Part shown: positions 1 through 8,941 of the stretch, piece after piece | Layout: the number at the start of each line of letters is the position of its first letter | Numbering within the stretch: the first letter of the stretch is position 1 | DNA from: an uncultured Rikenellaceae bacterium | GTDB lineage: Bacteria; Bacteroidota; Bacteroidia; Bacteroidales; VadinHA17 | Length of the DNA stretch: 64,000 nucleotides | NCBI GenBank assembly: GCA_964514725.1 | Contig: CAZEUL010000003.1 | Coordinates: 204,567 to 268,566 of the forward strand | Direction of reading: 5' to 3' | The notes under the pieces: model-generated | Databases searched by the model: none | The model's input: the letters and a program-made list of their open reading frames with translations, nothing else | Told to the model about the DNA's origin: nothing | Program-made: the position numbers and the translations under genes

Positions 1-1338
1 AGTCCGTTTCTTGAACTCATTGATCTCTTTTCCGCCGGTAATTTCAACTAATCCTCCATAAGGTATATCTTCGGTCCTTCCATAGCCATAAATAAGATTT
101 GCCTTGTAGAATTTTTGTATCGAAAGGGCAGCAGAACCCAGAAAAATTCTATACTTCTGCAGGTAATGATATGAGTTGGGAAGTATGAAAGGGTGGTCGA
201 AAACATTGTTGTTTGTATACCTGGCGCCGATAATAAACCTTGTGACTTTATCTGGATTAACAAGGAAAGATCTTGAAATCCAATAATCCTGAAGATTGTA
301 TTTCAATGGTGCCGGTTTAGACATCGAGTCAAGATCTTCTGTTGTAAACATCTCTTGGATTGAAACACCTCCGGCATATTTTGTCGTTGAACTGACGAGA
401 TTTCTGCTCAGATTGAAACCGTATGTCTTTTCCCCCAGTCCGTCAACGTAGTATACAGCCAGATTGATAAAGGATTTCTTAATATTGTTTATCAGATATT
501 TTACTCCAAAGCCTGGAGAATCATTGTATTTTGAGTCATAAGGTACTTCAACTCTGAATTCATGTCCCATCCCAAAAATATTCTTTTCATATAAAGTCAC
601 TTCCCCCTTTTTGAGACTGCTTAGGTTTAATGCCCCTCCTAATGAATAGATATCTTTTGTAAAAACTACTATATCTGCTACAGTATCTGATACTGGGATA
701 ACAACTATTCTTGCATCATCTATGAACGGAAGCTCCCTTAACAGTCGTTCATTATCGCTAAGAGTCAATGGAGAAAGTGAATCTCCGGGTGAAAACAGAA
801 GATTTTTCCTGATTATATTCTCATTTGTATTGATATGCGTTTTATTAAGAAGCTTTTCCAATGAGTTAGGATTGAATACAGCAGGGTTCTTAACATCCGA
901 TCCGAAAACGTCAAGTCTCTTTATTTCAATCTTCCTTATTATTTTGCCTTCAAACTCCAAATAGCTGATATCGCTTACATCAGTTATTGATTTGCTTGAA
1001 GATTGATCCGGCCTGATAATTAGCAGATCATATAGTTTTCTGGTAACCAGGGTTTTTGAAGCTTTGTTCTTCAGAGAATCAAGAAAAATCATAGTCTTGT
1101 TGCTTTCATAATCTGCAAAAGGCAGAAGCCTATCTGTCCTTGTTACTAAAGACTCATAATATGAAAGTCTTATGTTCTCTGTATTAATTAATGGTATTGA
1201 GACTGGCTTATCTAAAAGCGAATCAGCTTCCTGTGTTTTTTGGGAGTATGATCTGTTGCAAAAAAACAGAAAAACCGGAATCAGAGCTGAAAAACAATAT
1301 ATCCGGAAGTTTTCCGCTTTAGGGATATCATGTTTCAT
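1..1338 (-). CDS. Omp85/BamA-family outer-membrane protein, N-terminal part (C-terminus lies beyond the left window edge)
   Basis: Absent from the ORF track because there is no stop in the window. Manual minus-strand translation from ATG 1338-1336 stays open for 446 codons to base 1. It reads MKHDIPKAENFRIYCFSALIPVFLFFCNRSYSQ (signal-like), then ISYLEFEGKIIRKIEIKRLDVFG..RKNLLFSPGDSLSPLTLSDNERLLRELPFIDDARIVV (POTRA-like), then LYEKNIFGMGHEFRVEV (Omp85 barrel-start-like). Frame checked at several coordinates. Confidence 0.7.
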   Translation of the reverse strand, partial: MKHDIPKAENFRIYCFSALIPVFLFFCNRSYSQKTQEADSLLDKPVSIPLINTENIRLSYYESLVTRTDRLLPFADYESNKTMIFLDSLKNKASKTLVTRKLYDLLIIRPDQSSSKSITDVSDISYLEFEGKIIRKIEIKRLDVFGSDVKNPAVFNPNSLEKLLNKTHINTNENIIRKNLLFSPGDSLSPLTLSDNERLLRELPFIDDARIVVIPVSDTVADIVVFTKDIYSLGGALNLSSLKKGEVTLYEKNIFGMGHEFRVEVPYDSKYNDSPGFGVKYLINNIKKSFINLAVYYVDGLGEKTYGFNLSRNLVSSTTKYAGGVSIQEMFTTEDLDSMSKPAPLKYNLQDYWISRSFLVNPDKVTRFIIGARYTNNNVFDHPFILPNSYHYLQKYRIFLGSAALSIQKFYKANLIYGYGRTEDIPYGGLVEITGGKEINEFKKRT

Positions 1339-2044
1339 TAGGTTTATCAACCAACACATCATCTGAATTGAACTGGAATCCGAGTCGTTTTCCTGTAATT
1401 ACCCTTGAATGCTGGATCTTGGCTTCAGCCTGTCCAACAGTGGCAATTTTAACAGTATCATATGGTGGAACCAGCAGATCAAACTCAAGTGAGTATTGAA
1501 TGGCTGTTGAAATTATTAGTTGAAGTGATGATCTGCTTATAGCTTCATTTCCATAATTTGTAAAAAGCATCCCCATCTGCCGCTTCCCCTCTACAAAATA
1601 TTGATTTTCATGGTTTATGAAAATTCTTGCTATCAAATACCCAAGATCATCCAGTCTTGAGTATTTAAAAGAGTCAAACAGGAAATTGTAAATATTAATA
1701 ATCCCTGAATAAGCGTTGAATTTATTTTTCTGGATGTAAGGTGTTTTCCATGCAGGATGTTCCCTGTCAAACTGGAAAATGTTTGAATGCATGCTGAAAA
1801 GCAGGATATCTCCGGCTACTTTGAGTTGTGCATCAAAATTACTTCTGTCGGTATATTCAAGTTTAATCCTTGGATCCAGATTGCCAAGATTTGTGTTTAC
1901 GTCGCGGGCCAGTGTTTTTAGAATATCTTTAATAACACCGAACCATTCAAGGGTGTTATCATAAACTTTCTGCTTAAGAAGCGATTTTTGCTTAAGGGTT
2001 CCAATTATTAATTGTTTTTTGTCCTCGATTTCCGGCATTTTCAT
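1328..2044 (-). CDS. hypothetical protein, no signal peptide, family not recognised
   Basis: 238-aa ORF with an ATG start. Its stop (1330-1328) overlaps the ATG (1338-1336) of the downstream Omp85-like ORF by 11 nt. Confidence 0.6.
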   Translation of the reverse strand: MKMPEIEDKKQLIIGTLKQKSLLKQKVYDNTLEWFGVIKDILKTLARDVNTNLGNLDPRIKLEYTDRSNFDAQLKVAGDILLFSMHSNIFQFDREHPAWKTPYIQKNKFNAYSGIINIYNFLFDSFKYSRLDDLGYLIARIFINHENQYFVEGKRQMGMLFTNYGNEAISRSSLQLIISTAIQYSLEFDLLVPPYDTVKIATVGQAEAKIQHSRVITGKRLGFQFNSDDVLVDKPNET

Positions 2045-2289
2045 TAAAATTTTATTTATCAGGCTTCTAATTTAGCAATTATAAATGTAAAACAGAACTG
2101 TCAAACATTTAAAGAGAGGATCGTAATCCTTCATTTAATGCATTGACCAAAGAAAAAAAATTCAAAATGGTTCAGGTTGATATTGATTTTATGTAAACAT
2201 TTAGGCTGATGGTAAATAACAGGCAGATAAACTGACCACTTAAACTGATTCTGCAGCAGATGGAATTGACAGACTAAAAGGTTATAAAA

Positions 2290-3765
2290 TCAATATGATC
2301 TGGCAAAAAGGACTCTTCTTTTAGAGGCTTTGCCTGAGTAAATACATTTTCCATCCTCTTCCGGGGCATTAAAAGGAATGCAACGTATTGTTGCTTTTGT
2401 CTCTTCCTTTATTTTTTCTTCAGTTTCTGAGGTTCCATCCCAATGGGCCATAATAAAACCACCTGTACTGTCGAGAATTTCCACAAAGTCGCTCCATTTA
2501 TCCAGTCTATAAGTGTTCTCTTCTCTGAATTTCAAAGCCTTTAAATAGATGTTCTTCTGAATTTCAGTAAGAAGTTCATGGATCTTGTTTACAATATTCG
2601 TCATCGGGATAGTTTCCTTTGCAAGAGTATCTCTGCGTGCAATTTCCACTGTTTCATTGGCAATATCGCGCGGGCCTATTACTATTCTGACGGGAACGCC
2701 TTTCAATTCATAATCAGCAAACTTCCATCCCGGTTTATTGTTATCCCGGTCGTCATATTTCACTGATAGCCCGCTCTTTTCAAGTTCAGCTTTAATATGT
2801 TTTACTTTTTCAGAAATGGCATTTAACTGATCATTTGATTTGTAAATGGGGATTATTATTACCTGAAGCGGTGCCAGTTTAGGTGGAATTACCAGACCGT
2901 TATTATCTGAATGAGCCATTATCAGAGCCCCAATCATTCTTGTTGATAATCCCCATGATGTAGCCCATACATAGTCTAGTTTACCTGTCTTATCTGTAAA
3001 CTGCACATCAAAAGCCTTAGCGAAATTCTGTCCAAGAAAATGGCTTGTTCCTGCCTGGAGCGCTTTCCCGTCCTGCATTAATGCTTCAATTGTGTAAGTG
3101 TCAAGAGCTCCGGCAAACTTTTCATTTTCACTTTTATAACCTTTATATACCGGCAATGCCATAAAACTCTCAGCAAAATCAGCATAAACATTTATCATCC
3201 TTTCGGTCTCTTCAATAGCTTCTTCTCGCGTGGCATGGGCAGTATGCCCTTCCTGCCATAGAAACTCGGCTGTGCGTAAAAAAAGTCTTGTCCGCATTTC
3301 CCACCTTACAACATTGGCCCATTGATTTATAAGTATTGGAAGGTCGCGATATGATTGTATCCAGTTTTTATATGAATTCCAGATAATTGTCTCCGAAGTA
3401 GGTCTAATAATCAGCTCCTCCTCCAGCTTTGCAGCCGGATCAACAACAATCCCGTTTCCGCTTTCATCATTTTTCAGCCTGTAATGGGTCACAACTGCAC
3501 ATTCTTTTGCAAATCCCTCAACATGCGCTGCTTCTTTGCTGAAAAAAGATTTCGGGATAAACAAAGGAAAATAAGCATTCACGTGGCCTGTCGCTTTAAA
3601 CATTTTATCAAGTTCAGCCTGTATCTTTTCCCAAATTGCATAACCATAAGGCTTAATAACCATACATCCTCTGACAGCGGAATTCTCAGCCAGATCTGCT
3701 TTAATTACAAGATCATTATACCACTGTGCATAGTTTTCATCCCTGTTTGTTAAGAATTTTGCCAT
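2290..3765 (-). CDS. proS: proline--tRNA ligase (archaeal/eukaryotic-type class II)
   Basis: 491 aa. The N-terminus [42 protein letters not shown] and the overall length are typical of Bacteroidota ProRS. Confidence 0.95.
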   Translation of the reverse strand: MAKFLTNRDENYAQWYNDLVIKADLAENSAVRGCMVIKPYGYAIWEKIQAELDKMFKATGHVNAYFPLFIPKSFFSKEAAHVEGFAKECAVVTHYRLKNDESGNGIVVDPAAKLEEELIIRPTSETIIWNSYKNWIQSYRDLPILINQWANVVRWEMRTRLFLRTAEFLWQEGHTAHATREEAIEETERMINVYADFAESFMALPVYKGYKSENEKFAGALDTYTIEALMQDGKALQAGTSHFLGQNFAKAFDVQFTDKTGKLDYVWATSWGLSTRMIGALIMAHSDNNGLVIPPKLAPLQVIIIPIYKSNDQLNAISEKVKHIKAELEKSGLSVKYDDRDNNKPGWKFADYELKGVPVRIVIGPRDIANETVEIARRDTLAKETIPMTNIVNKIHELLTEIQKNIYLKALKFREENTYRLDKWSDFVEILDSTGGFIMAHWDGTSETEEKIKEETKATIRCIPFNAPEEDGKCIYSGKASKRRVLFARSY

Positions 3766-3848
3766 TTTTTTGGTATGGTATTTGTTTTTATTTATCTGAA
3801 AAAATAAGTCCGTAAAAATAGATATAAAACTTGATAATTAATAAAACC

Positions 3849-3855
3849 GGAGGTG
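3849..3855 (+). promoter_or_regulatory. Shine-Dalgarno-like GGAGGTG, 4 nt upstream of ATG 3860
   Basis: Sequence ccGGAGGTGcatcATG read directly. Most other starts inspected in this window lack any such motif. Confidence 0.5.
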
Positions 3856-3859
3856 CATC

Positions 3860-5263
3860 ATGAAAACAATAAATTTTATCGGAATTATCACAGCACTTCT
3901 GTTTACAGTAAAACCTTCCATTGCACAGGACGATGGTTATTATAATGAAAACAGGAATGACGATGCCAAAGTAGTGATCAATAATTATTATGATAGTCAT
4001 GGAACCGACTACTACTATTCCTCACGAATAAACAGATTTCACCGGTCGTATGCTGTCTTTGATTATTATTCTCCTGTCTTTACAGATACTTACTGGTACG
4101 ATTACCGTCCGTGGTCATGGGGTATAAGTATATATGGAAACGGAATAGGATTCAGATTCGGATTCGGATATTCACCATACTATTATGATGCATGGTATGA
4201 TCCGGTTTACTATTATCCATATTATTATGATCCGTATTATTACGATCCGTTTTATTGGCGATTTTACCCCAGATATTATTCATACTGGTACGCGCCCTCT
4301 TTCTGCTGGGGCTTCAGACACTTGTGGGCACATCTCACATGGAGCTGGTACAGACCGTTCTGGTGGCATCATCACTGGTTTGATAATGATTACCGCTATT
4401 ATTCATATCACAGTAATTACAATCATTTTAACGACAGGTACCGCTCAGAATATTCAGGGAACAGATATGAAGCATCACGACATGACGTCAATTTCAATAA
4501 GGGTAATGAGTCAAGAAGAGGCATATCGGGTAACAATTCTTCAGTTAACTCAAGGAACTATGAACGTTTAAATCACGAAAACGGCTTAAGAAACAATGAA
4601 AGCAGAAGGGTATTAAATCCATCGGCCAGGAATGAAAGTATAATAAGGAATAATGAAACCAGAAGGAGTTACAGTCCGTCAAATAACAACTCCCGGGAGC
4701 CAAATGCCGGACAGAGATCATATTCAGGCTCACGGACAATTTCGCCTGCAGATTCACGCAGGTCTTCAAATTCGGGAAGGATTGCTGAAAATATGATAAG
4801 GTCCGGATCACCCAACCGTTATGGCAATGAACGGGCCTATCGACCTGAGAATGGCAGCATAACTTCCCGTGTCAGGCGTTCAGAGGAAGGCATTAATCAG
4901 AATAGAGCAGCAAATTATGGCAGGTCAGCAACTGGCAGGCGACAGGGAATGTATGATCAACCCGACAGAACAAGAAATACATATCAGCCGTCTTCCGGAA
5001 ACTCAGCTTATAACAAAGTTCATTCTTCCAGGAGTATGCCGCAATCAATATCGAGGAGCAGCAATAATTACAGAAGCCATTCCGTTGATATGGGAAGAAT
5101 AAGCCGACCCTCAGGACAATCAATATCAATGAGCGCCTCAGTAAGAAGCTCGGGATCTATTTCCAGACCCAGTTCTTCTGTGTCACACGGTCATTCATCA
5201 GGGGGAATGCGTTCTTCAGGTTCTGGTTATTCAGGTTCTTCAGGAAACAGCCGCAGAAGATAG
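3860..5263 (+). CDS. secreted low-complexity protein: Tyr/Trp-rich core, Ser/Arg/Asn-rich tail, C-terminal RRR
   Basis: 467-aa ORF with a type-I-like signal peptide MKTINFIGIITALLFTVKPSIA|QDD. Tyr makes up 19 of the 40 residues at nt 4172-4291. The tail carries repeated NE[ST]RR motifs and the protein ends NSRRR. Paralogous to the next ORF. Confidence 0.75.
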   Translation: MKTINFIGIITALLFTVKPSIAQDDGYYNENRNDDAKVVINNYYDSHGTDYYYSSRINRFHRSYAVFDYYSPVFTDTYWYDYRPWSWGISIYGNGIGFRFGFGYSPYYYDAWYDPVYYYPYYYDPYYYDPFYWRFYPRYYSYWYAPSFCWGFRHLWAHLTWSWYRPFWWHHHWFDNDYRYYSYHSNYNHFNDRYRSEYSGNRYEASRHDVNFNKGNESRRGISGNNSSVNSRNYERLNHENGLRNNESRRVLNPSARNESIIRNNETRRSYSPSNNNSREPNAGQRSYSGSRTISPADSRRSSNSGRIAENMIRSGSPNRYGNERAYRPENGSITSRVRRSEEGINQNRAANYGRSATGRRQGMYDQPDRTRNTYQPSSGNSAYNKVHSSRSMPQSISRSSNNYRSHSVDMGRISRPSGQSISMSASVRSSGSISRPSSSVSHGHSSGGMRSSGSGYSGSSGNSRRR

Positions 5264-5412
5264 TTTTTAATTGTTACTAAGGTTTGAACTTAAATAAATT
5301 GTAACTTAAGAAAAAATATTAAATTTGACCCATAACCGAAGATCACCCTGAGAAACAATTATTTTGGTACGGTATTTGATTATTAATAAATTAAATATAA
5401 ACAAGGGAAAAG

Positions 5413-6711
5413 ATGAAAGCAATTAACAGCATATTCGGAGTAGCACTTCTTACATTAGCTTCATGCTCGTCAGGGCTTTATGTAGGGACTGAGTATGACG
5501 ATCTTTATTACCAAAGGTCGGATAAACCTGTTGTTCGGGTTCAGTCAACAGACAATCAGCCCATTGTTGAAGGTGATCTGAAAGCTGATAATTATTACAA
5601 TAATATTTATGCTTCTGATACCCTTGTTTCAAAAGAATTCTCGGATGCAGTTGACTATGATGATGCCCGGATTTATAATAATTATTACGATGATTATTCT
5701 TATTCCGGAAGGCTGAGAAGGTTTTACGGGAACTATTTCTATCCTTACTGGAGAGATCCGTTCTATATGATGCCATATTATGGATACAGCTCCATTTGGG
5801 GCGGCTATCCATATTATTATAGCCCTTACTATTACGATCCATTCTTCTATGATTCATTCTATTATGGTTATGGAGGTTTTTATGGCGGTTTATACGGAGG
5901 CTTTTACAATAGTTTCTACTATCCTTATTCCTATTACAGCTATTATTATCCGTATTATAACCGTTATTATTTTTACAACGATTATAATATTGCCTACGGA
6001 AGAAGAGAAAGGCCCAGTAACCTGTCAACCAGGTGGACAGGAGGTAATTTGTCTCCGGAAAGTGCAACATCGAGAAGGAATACATCCGTTTCAGGTGGCT
6101 CGGGTGCATCAGGTTCAAATAATCAAACATCAGGAGAGGTTGTTACATCCGGATCCAGAAGAGCCACTATATCAACCGGAACTTCTCAGCAACAGGGAAC
6201 AGCCTCCGAAAGAAGACTTGTCCAGGATCCATCAATATCCGGAAGCGAAAATATTTCAGGCAGCCAGACAAGGAGGATTTCAAATGATACAAGACCTGAG
6301 TACAACTCAGTCAACAGGAGCTATACACCAAGCTATAGCAATCCAAGGATGAGTACCAGACCATCATACAATAACTCGAGGATAAATTCTGATTTAAGCA
6401 GATCAGGTGGCTCAACACAGCGGTATAACCAGAATTCATCGAGCGGCAGGAGTTATTCTCCCTATTCATCCAGTCAGCCCCGATCTAATTCCTCATACAG
6501 CGGAAGCAGAAGTTACTCTTCACCTTCCAGAAGAAGTGATGGCGGAGGATTCTCCTCAGGATCATATCGGTCAGGAGGTTCATCCTACAGCGGAAGTTCT
6601 TCATACGGATCTGTTTCCAGAAGTAGCGGTGGAGGATCATTTTCATCAGGTTCATCGGGATCATCCGGTTCATCAGGCAGTTCTTCATCCGGAGGAGGAA
6701 GAAGAAGATAG
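5413..6711 (+). CDS. lipoprotein paralogue of the preceding gene: Tyr/Gly-rich core, Ser/Gly/Arg-rich tail, C-terminal RRR
   Basis: 432-aa ORF with lipobox LTLAS|C (Cys18). It shares the blocks NNYYD..YS[SG]R[IL]xRF and YSPYYYD with the upstream ORF. The core includes GGFYGGLYGGFYNSFYYPYSYYSYYYPYY and the protein ends SSGGGRRR. Confidence 0.75.
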   Translation: MKAINSIFGVALLTLASCSSGLYVGTEYDDLYYQRSDKPVVRVQSTDNQPIVEGDLKADNYYNNIYASDTLVSKEFSDAVDYDDARIYNNYYDDYSYSGRLRRFYGNYFYPYWRDPFYMMPYYGYSSIWGGYPYYYSPYYYDPFFYDSFYYGYGGFYGGLYGGFYNSFYYPYSYYSYYYPYYNRYYFYNDYNIAYGRRERPSNLSTRWTGGNLSPESATSRRNTSVSGGSGASGSNNQTSGEVVTSGSRRATISTGTSQQQGTASERRLVQDPSISGSENISGSQTRRISNDTRPEYNSVNRSYTPSYSNPRMSTRPSYNNSRINSDLSRSGGSTQRYNQNSSSGRSYSPYSSSQPRSNSSYSGSRSYSSPSRRSDGGGFSSGSYRSGGSSYSGSSSYGSVSRSSGGGSFSSGSSGSSGSSGSSSSGGGRRR

Positions 6712-6792
6712 TTAAAAACCTAACATTTCATAAATTTCAGTTCATTCTGGTTAAAGAGTGCAGGTATTGATTTAAATAAAAACAAAAAAAAA

Positions 6793-8274
6793 ATGAAGAA
6801 GATAATAGTCGCATTAGCATTTATATTTCTGGCATTTCCCGGAATATTCGCTCAAAATGTTGATGATGCTTTAAGATATTCCCAGATATTCTACAACGGT
6901 ACATCAAGGTTTATGTCAATGGGCGGAGCATTTACAGCCCTCGGTGGTGATATGTCAACACTGACCCAGAATCCTGCGGGTCTTGGTGTATTCAGATCAT
7001 CAGAAATTTCTCTTACTCCTCAGCTTTTCCATATTAAGAACGATGCTGACTTCAATGGATCCACAAGCGATTACCTTTATAATTTCAATCTTGGACAGGC
7101 AGGAATAGTAAGCAAATTGATCTCAACAAGTAAAGAGACCGGATTGATTTCACTTAATTTCGGATATTCGTTCAATAAAACCAGTAACCTGAATTCAACA
7201 ATAAGAATTCAGGGAATAAGCAATAAAAGTTCAATGGCTGATTACTGGGCAGATAACAGCGAAGGAACATTTTACGGAGATCTTAACGGTGCTGAAGGGA
7301 TTGCTTATGATGCCTGGATCATTGATACTATCACCGGTTCCAATGCAAGAAGTTATGGAACCGTTTTCAATAATTACGGTGATAATCTTACATCTGTGTA
7401 CGGACAAAACATCAGGAGACTAATTACAAATAAGGGTTATACCGGCGAACATGCTATTTCTATAGGAGGAAATATTTCAAATAAGATTTTCTTTGGCGCA
7501 ACACTCGGGATCAACAGACTGAATTACACAGGGCATTATGAACACCTCGAAAAAGCTGATTATGAAATGGACTCTGGTTTCAACAATTTTACCTATACAG
7601 AGCATTTCGAAAATACCGGTACAGGGATTAACTTTAAAATCGGAGCCATCGTTAAGCCAGTTGAGAGTTTAAGGATTGGCTTTGCATTTCATTCACCCAC
7701 AGTTTATAAAATTGATGAATATTATTATGACAATATAAATTCCAGATTTGACGGCAATGAGACTTACGAAGTCAAGAATGATCCTATGCGGTATAACTAT
7801 TCCCTTAGTACTCCTTTCAGGGTTTTAGGCGGTTTGGCAGTTCAGATTAAAAAATCAGCACTGGTAAGCGCTGACTTAGAATATATTGACTATTCCACTG
7901 CCAGATTCTCCGAAACTGGCGATGATTACGACTACAGTGAAAAGAATCTCGCAATAAAGAATACCTTAAAACCAACCATCAATTTAAGACTTGGCGGAGA
8001 ATATAGGTTTAACAAAATGTACGTCAGAGGTGGTTATGGGAATTATGGTAAAGTATTTAAAAAAGGAGAAATAAATGAAGATTTGCATCATACTTCAATC
8101 TCTTTTGGACTTGGTTTCAGGGAACAGAATTTTAATTTTGATCTTGGATATGTAAACCTCAGAAATTCACAGGAGTATATTCTTTACAATACTTTTACGG
8201 AATCGCCTGCAGCAAATCTTAATATAATGAGGAATATCTTCACTATTACCATGGGCTACAAGTTTGGTTATTAA
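6793..8274 (+). CDS. FadL/PorV-superfamily-like outer-membrane beta-barrel protein
   Basis: 493 aa with signal peptide MKKIIVALAFIFLAFPGIFA|QN. It has the N-terminal motif RFMSMGGAFTALGGDMSTLTQNPAGLG, alternating beta-strand-like sequence and an aromatic C-terminus GYKFGY. Recognition is at motif level only. Confidence 0.65.
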   Translation: MKKIIVALAFIFLAFPGIFAQNVDDALRYSQIFYNGTSRFMSMGGAFTALGGDMSTLTQNPAGLGVFRSSEISLTPQLFHIKNDADFNGSTSDYLYNFNLGQAGIVSKLISTSKETGLISLNFGYSFNKTSNLNSTIRIQGISNKSSMADYWADNSEGTFYGDLNGAEGIAYDAWIIDTITGSNARSYGTVFNNYGDNLTSVYGQNIRRLITNKGYTGEHAISIGGNISNKIFFGATLGINRLNYTGHYEHLEKADYEMDSGFNNFTYTEHFENTGTGINFKIGAIVKPVESLRIGFAFHSPTVYKIDEYYYDNINSRFDGNETYEVKNDPMRYNYSLSTPFRVLGGLAVQIKKSALVSADLEYIDYSTARFSETGDDYDYSEKNLAIKNTLKPTINLRLGGEYRFNKMYVRGGYGNYGKVFKKGEINEDLHHTSISFGLGFREQNFNFDLGYVNLRNSQEYILYNTFTESPAANLNIMRNIFTITMGYKFGY

Positions 8275-8330
8275 AGTTCCAATAAACGATTTGTAATAAT
8301 TAGCGGGATAAACAAATTCAGACTATTATT

Positions 8331-8933
8331 TTATAAATATTCAGCTGCTTCAGGGCCGGTGTTAAAGATCAGGTCAAGTATCGAGAGCCCTCCTGTAAAA
8401 TCACTTCCGCCAAATACCTGGATATGTGGCTTTTCAATATATGACGATTTTATTTTCGGAGAGATACTGTACCTTAAGTCATAATCTGATCCTTCTATAG
8501 GTTCGAAAACACAGGTGTAAGAAATGCTCCTATTTATTTTAATTATCTCCAGGCACCATTGTAAGAGGTCATTATTAAGGTCGATCAGGTACCTGTGATT
8601 TTTTAGTATGATTCTTTCTATGGAATCGGAATAATACTGAAAGTACGGGGAGCGGTTGTAAGCAGATGAAAGTGCCCTTATATGGACTTGCTGCCATCGT
8701 TTTGAATAGTCGATTGTAATATCTTTTACGGGAATTTTAACCAGATCTCCTTTCATAACAGGGACCGAAAGAGTCATTATCCCGTTTGATGTAAGGATTC
8801 TGCATCTGTTACGATAGGTTTGTTTGATATAATTCTCGAAACGTTCAATTATGATCTCACCAGAATTTTTAATAGCTCCGAAATATTCTGATGGTGGGAA
8901 ATAGGCAGTGGAAAGTAGTATTTTCCCGTGCAT
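8331..8933 (-). CDS. WbqC-family protein (function unknown)
   Basis: 200 aa. LLSTAYFPPSEYFGAI..IERFENYIKQTYRNRCRI is characteristic of the WbqC-like family. It lies 8 nt downstream of larB on the same strand. Confidence 0.8.
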   Translation of the reverse strand: MHGKILLSTAYFPPSEYFGAIKNSGEIIIERFENYIKQTYRNRCRILTSNGIMTLSVPVMKGDLVKIPVKDITIDYSKRWQQVHIRALSSAYNRSPYFQYYSDSIERIILKNHRYLIDLNNDLLQWCLEIIKINRSISYTCVFEPIEGSDYDLRYSISPKIKSSYIEKPHIQVFGGSDFTGGLSILDLIFNTGPEAAEYL

Positions 8934-8941
8934 TTGAAAAA

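Noticed and set aside
2045-2289. 245-bp intergenic region, plus other gaps (34187-34315 ahead of glyA, 24548-24738 ahead of purA, 14342-14446, 37568-37712), examined for tRNA, riboswitch or sRNA structure.
   Set aside because: I saw no cloverleaf-compatible stems, no conserved riboswitch cores (such as ZTP or THF motifs ahead of glyA or purA) and no GC-rich hairpin plus T-run terminators. Covariance-model scans (Infernal/Rfam, tRNAscan-SE) would be needed for a definitive negative.
4185-6715. Many long overlapping ORFs in other frames and on the opposite strand across the two low-complexity genes (4185-4571, 4545-4811, 4869-5102, 4893-5129, 5450-6130, 5780-6352, 6407-6715, 6485-6688).
   Set aside because: They sit entirely inside the Tyr-rich and Ser-rich coding regions. 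The biased, repetitive codon usage (TAT/TAC, TCN/AGN runs) suppresses stop codons in all frames. They lack export signals or recognisable motifs, so I treat them as shadow ORFs and not as overlapping genes.
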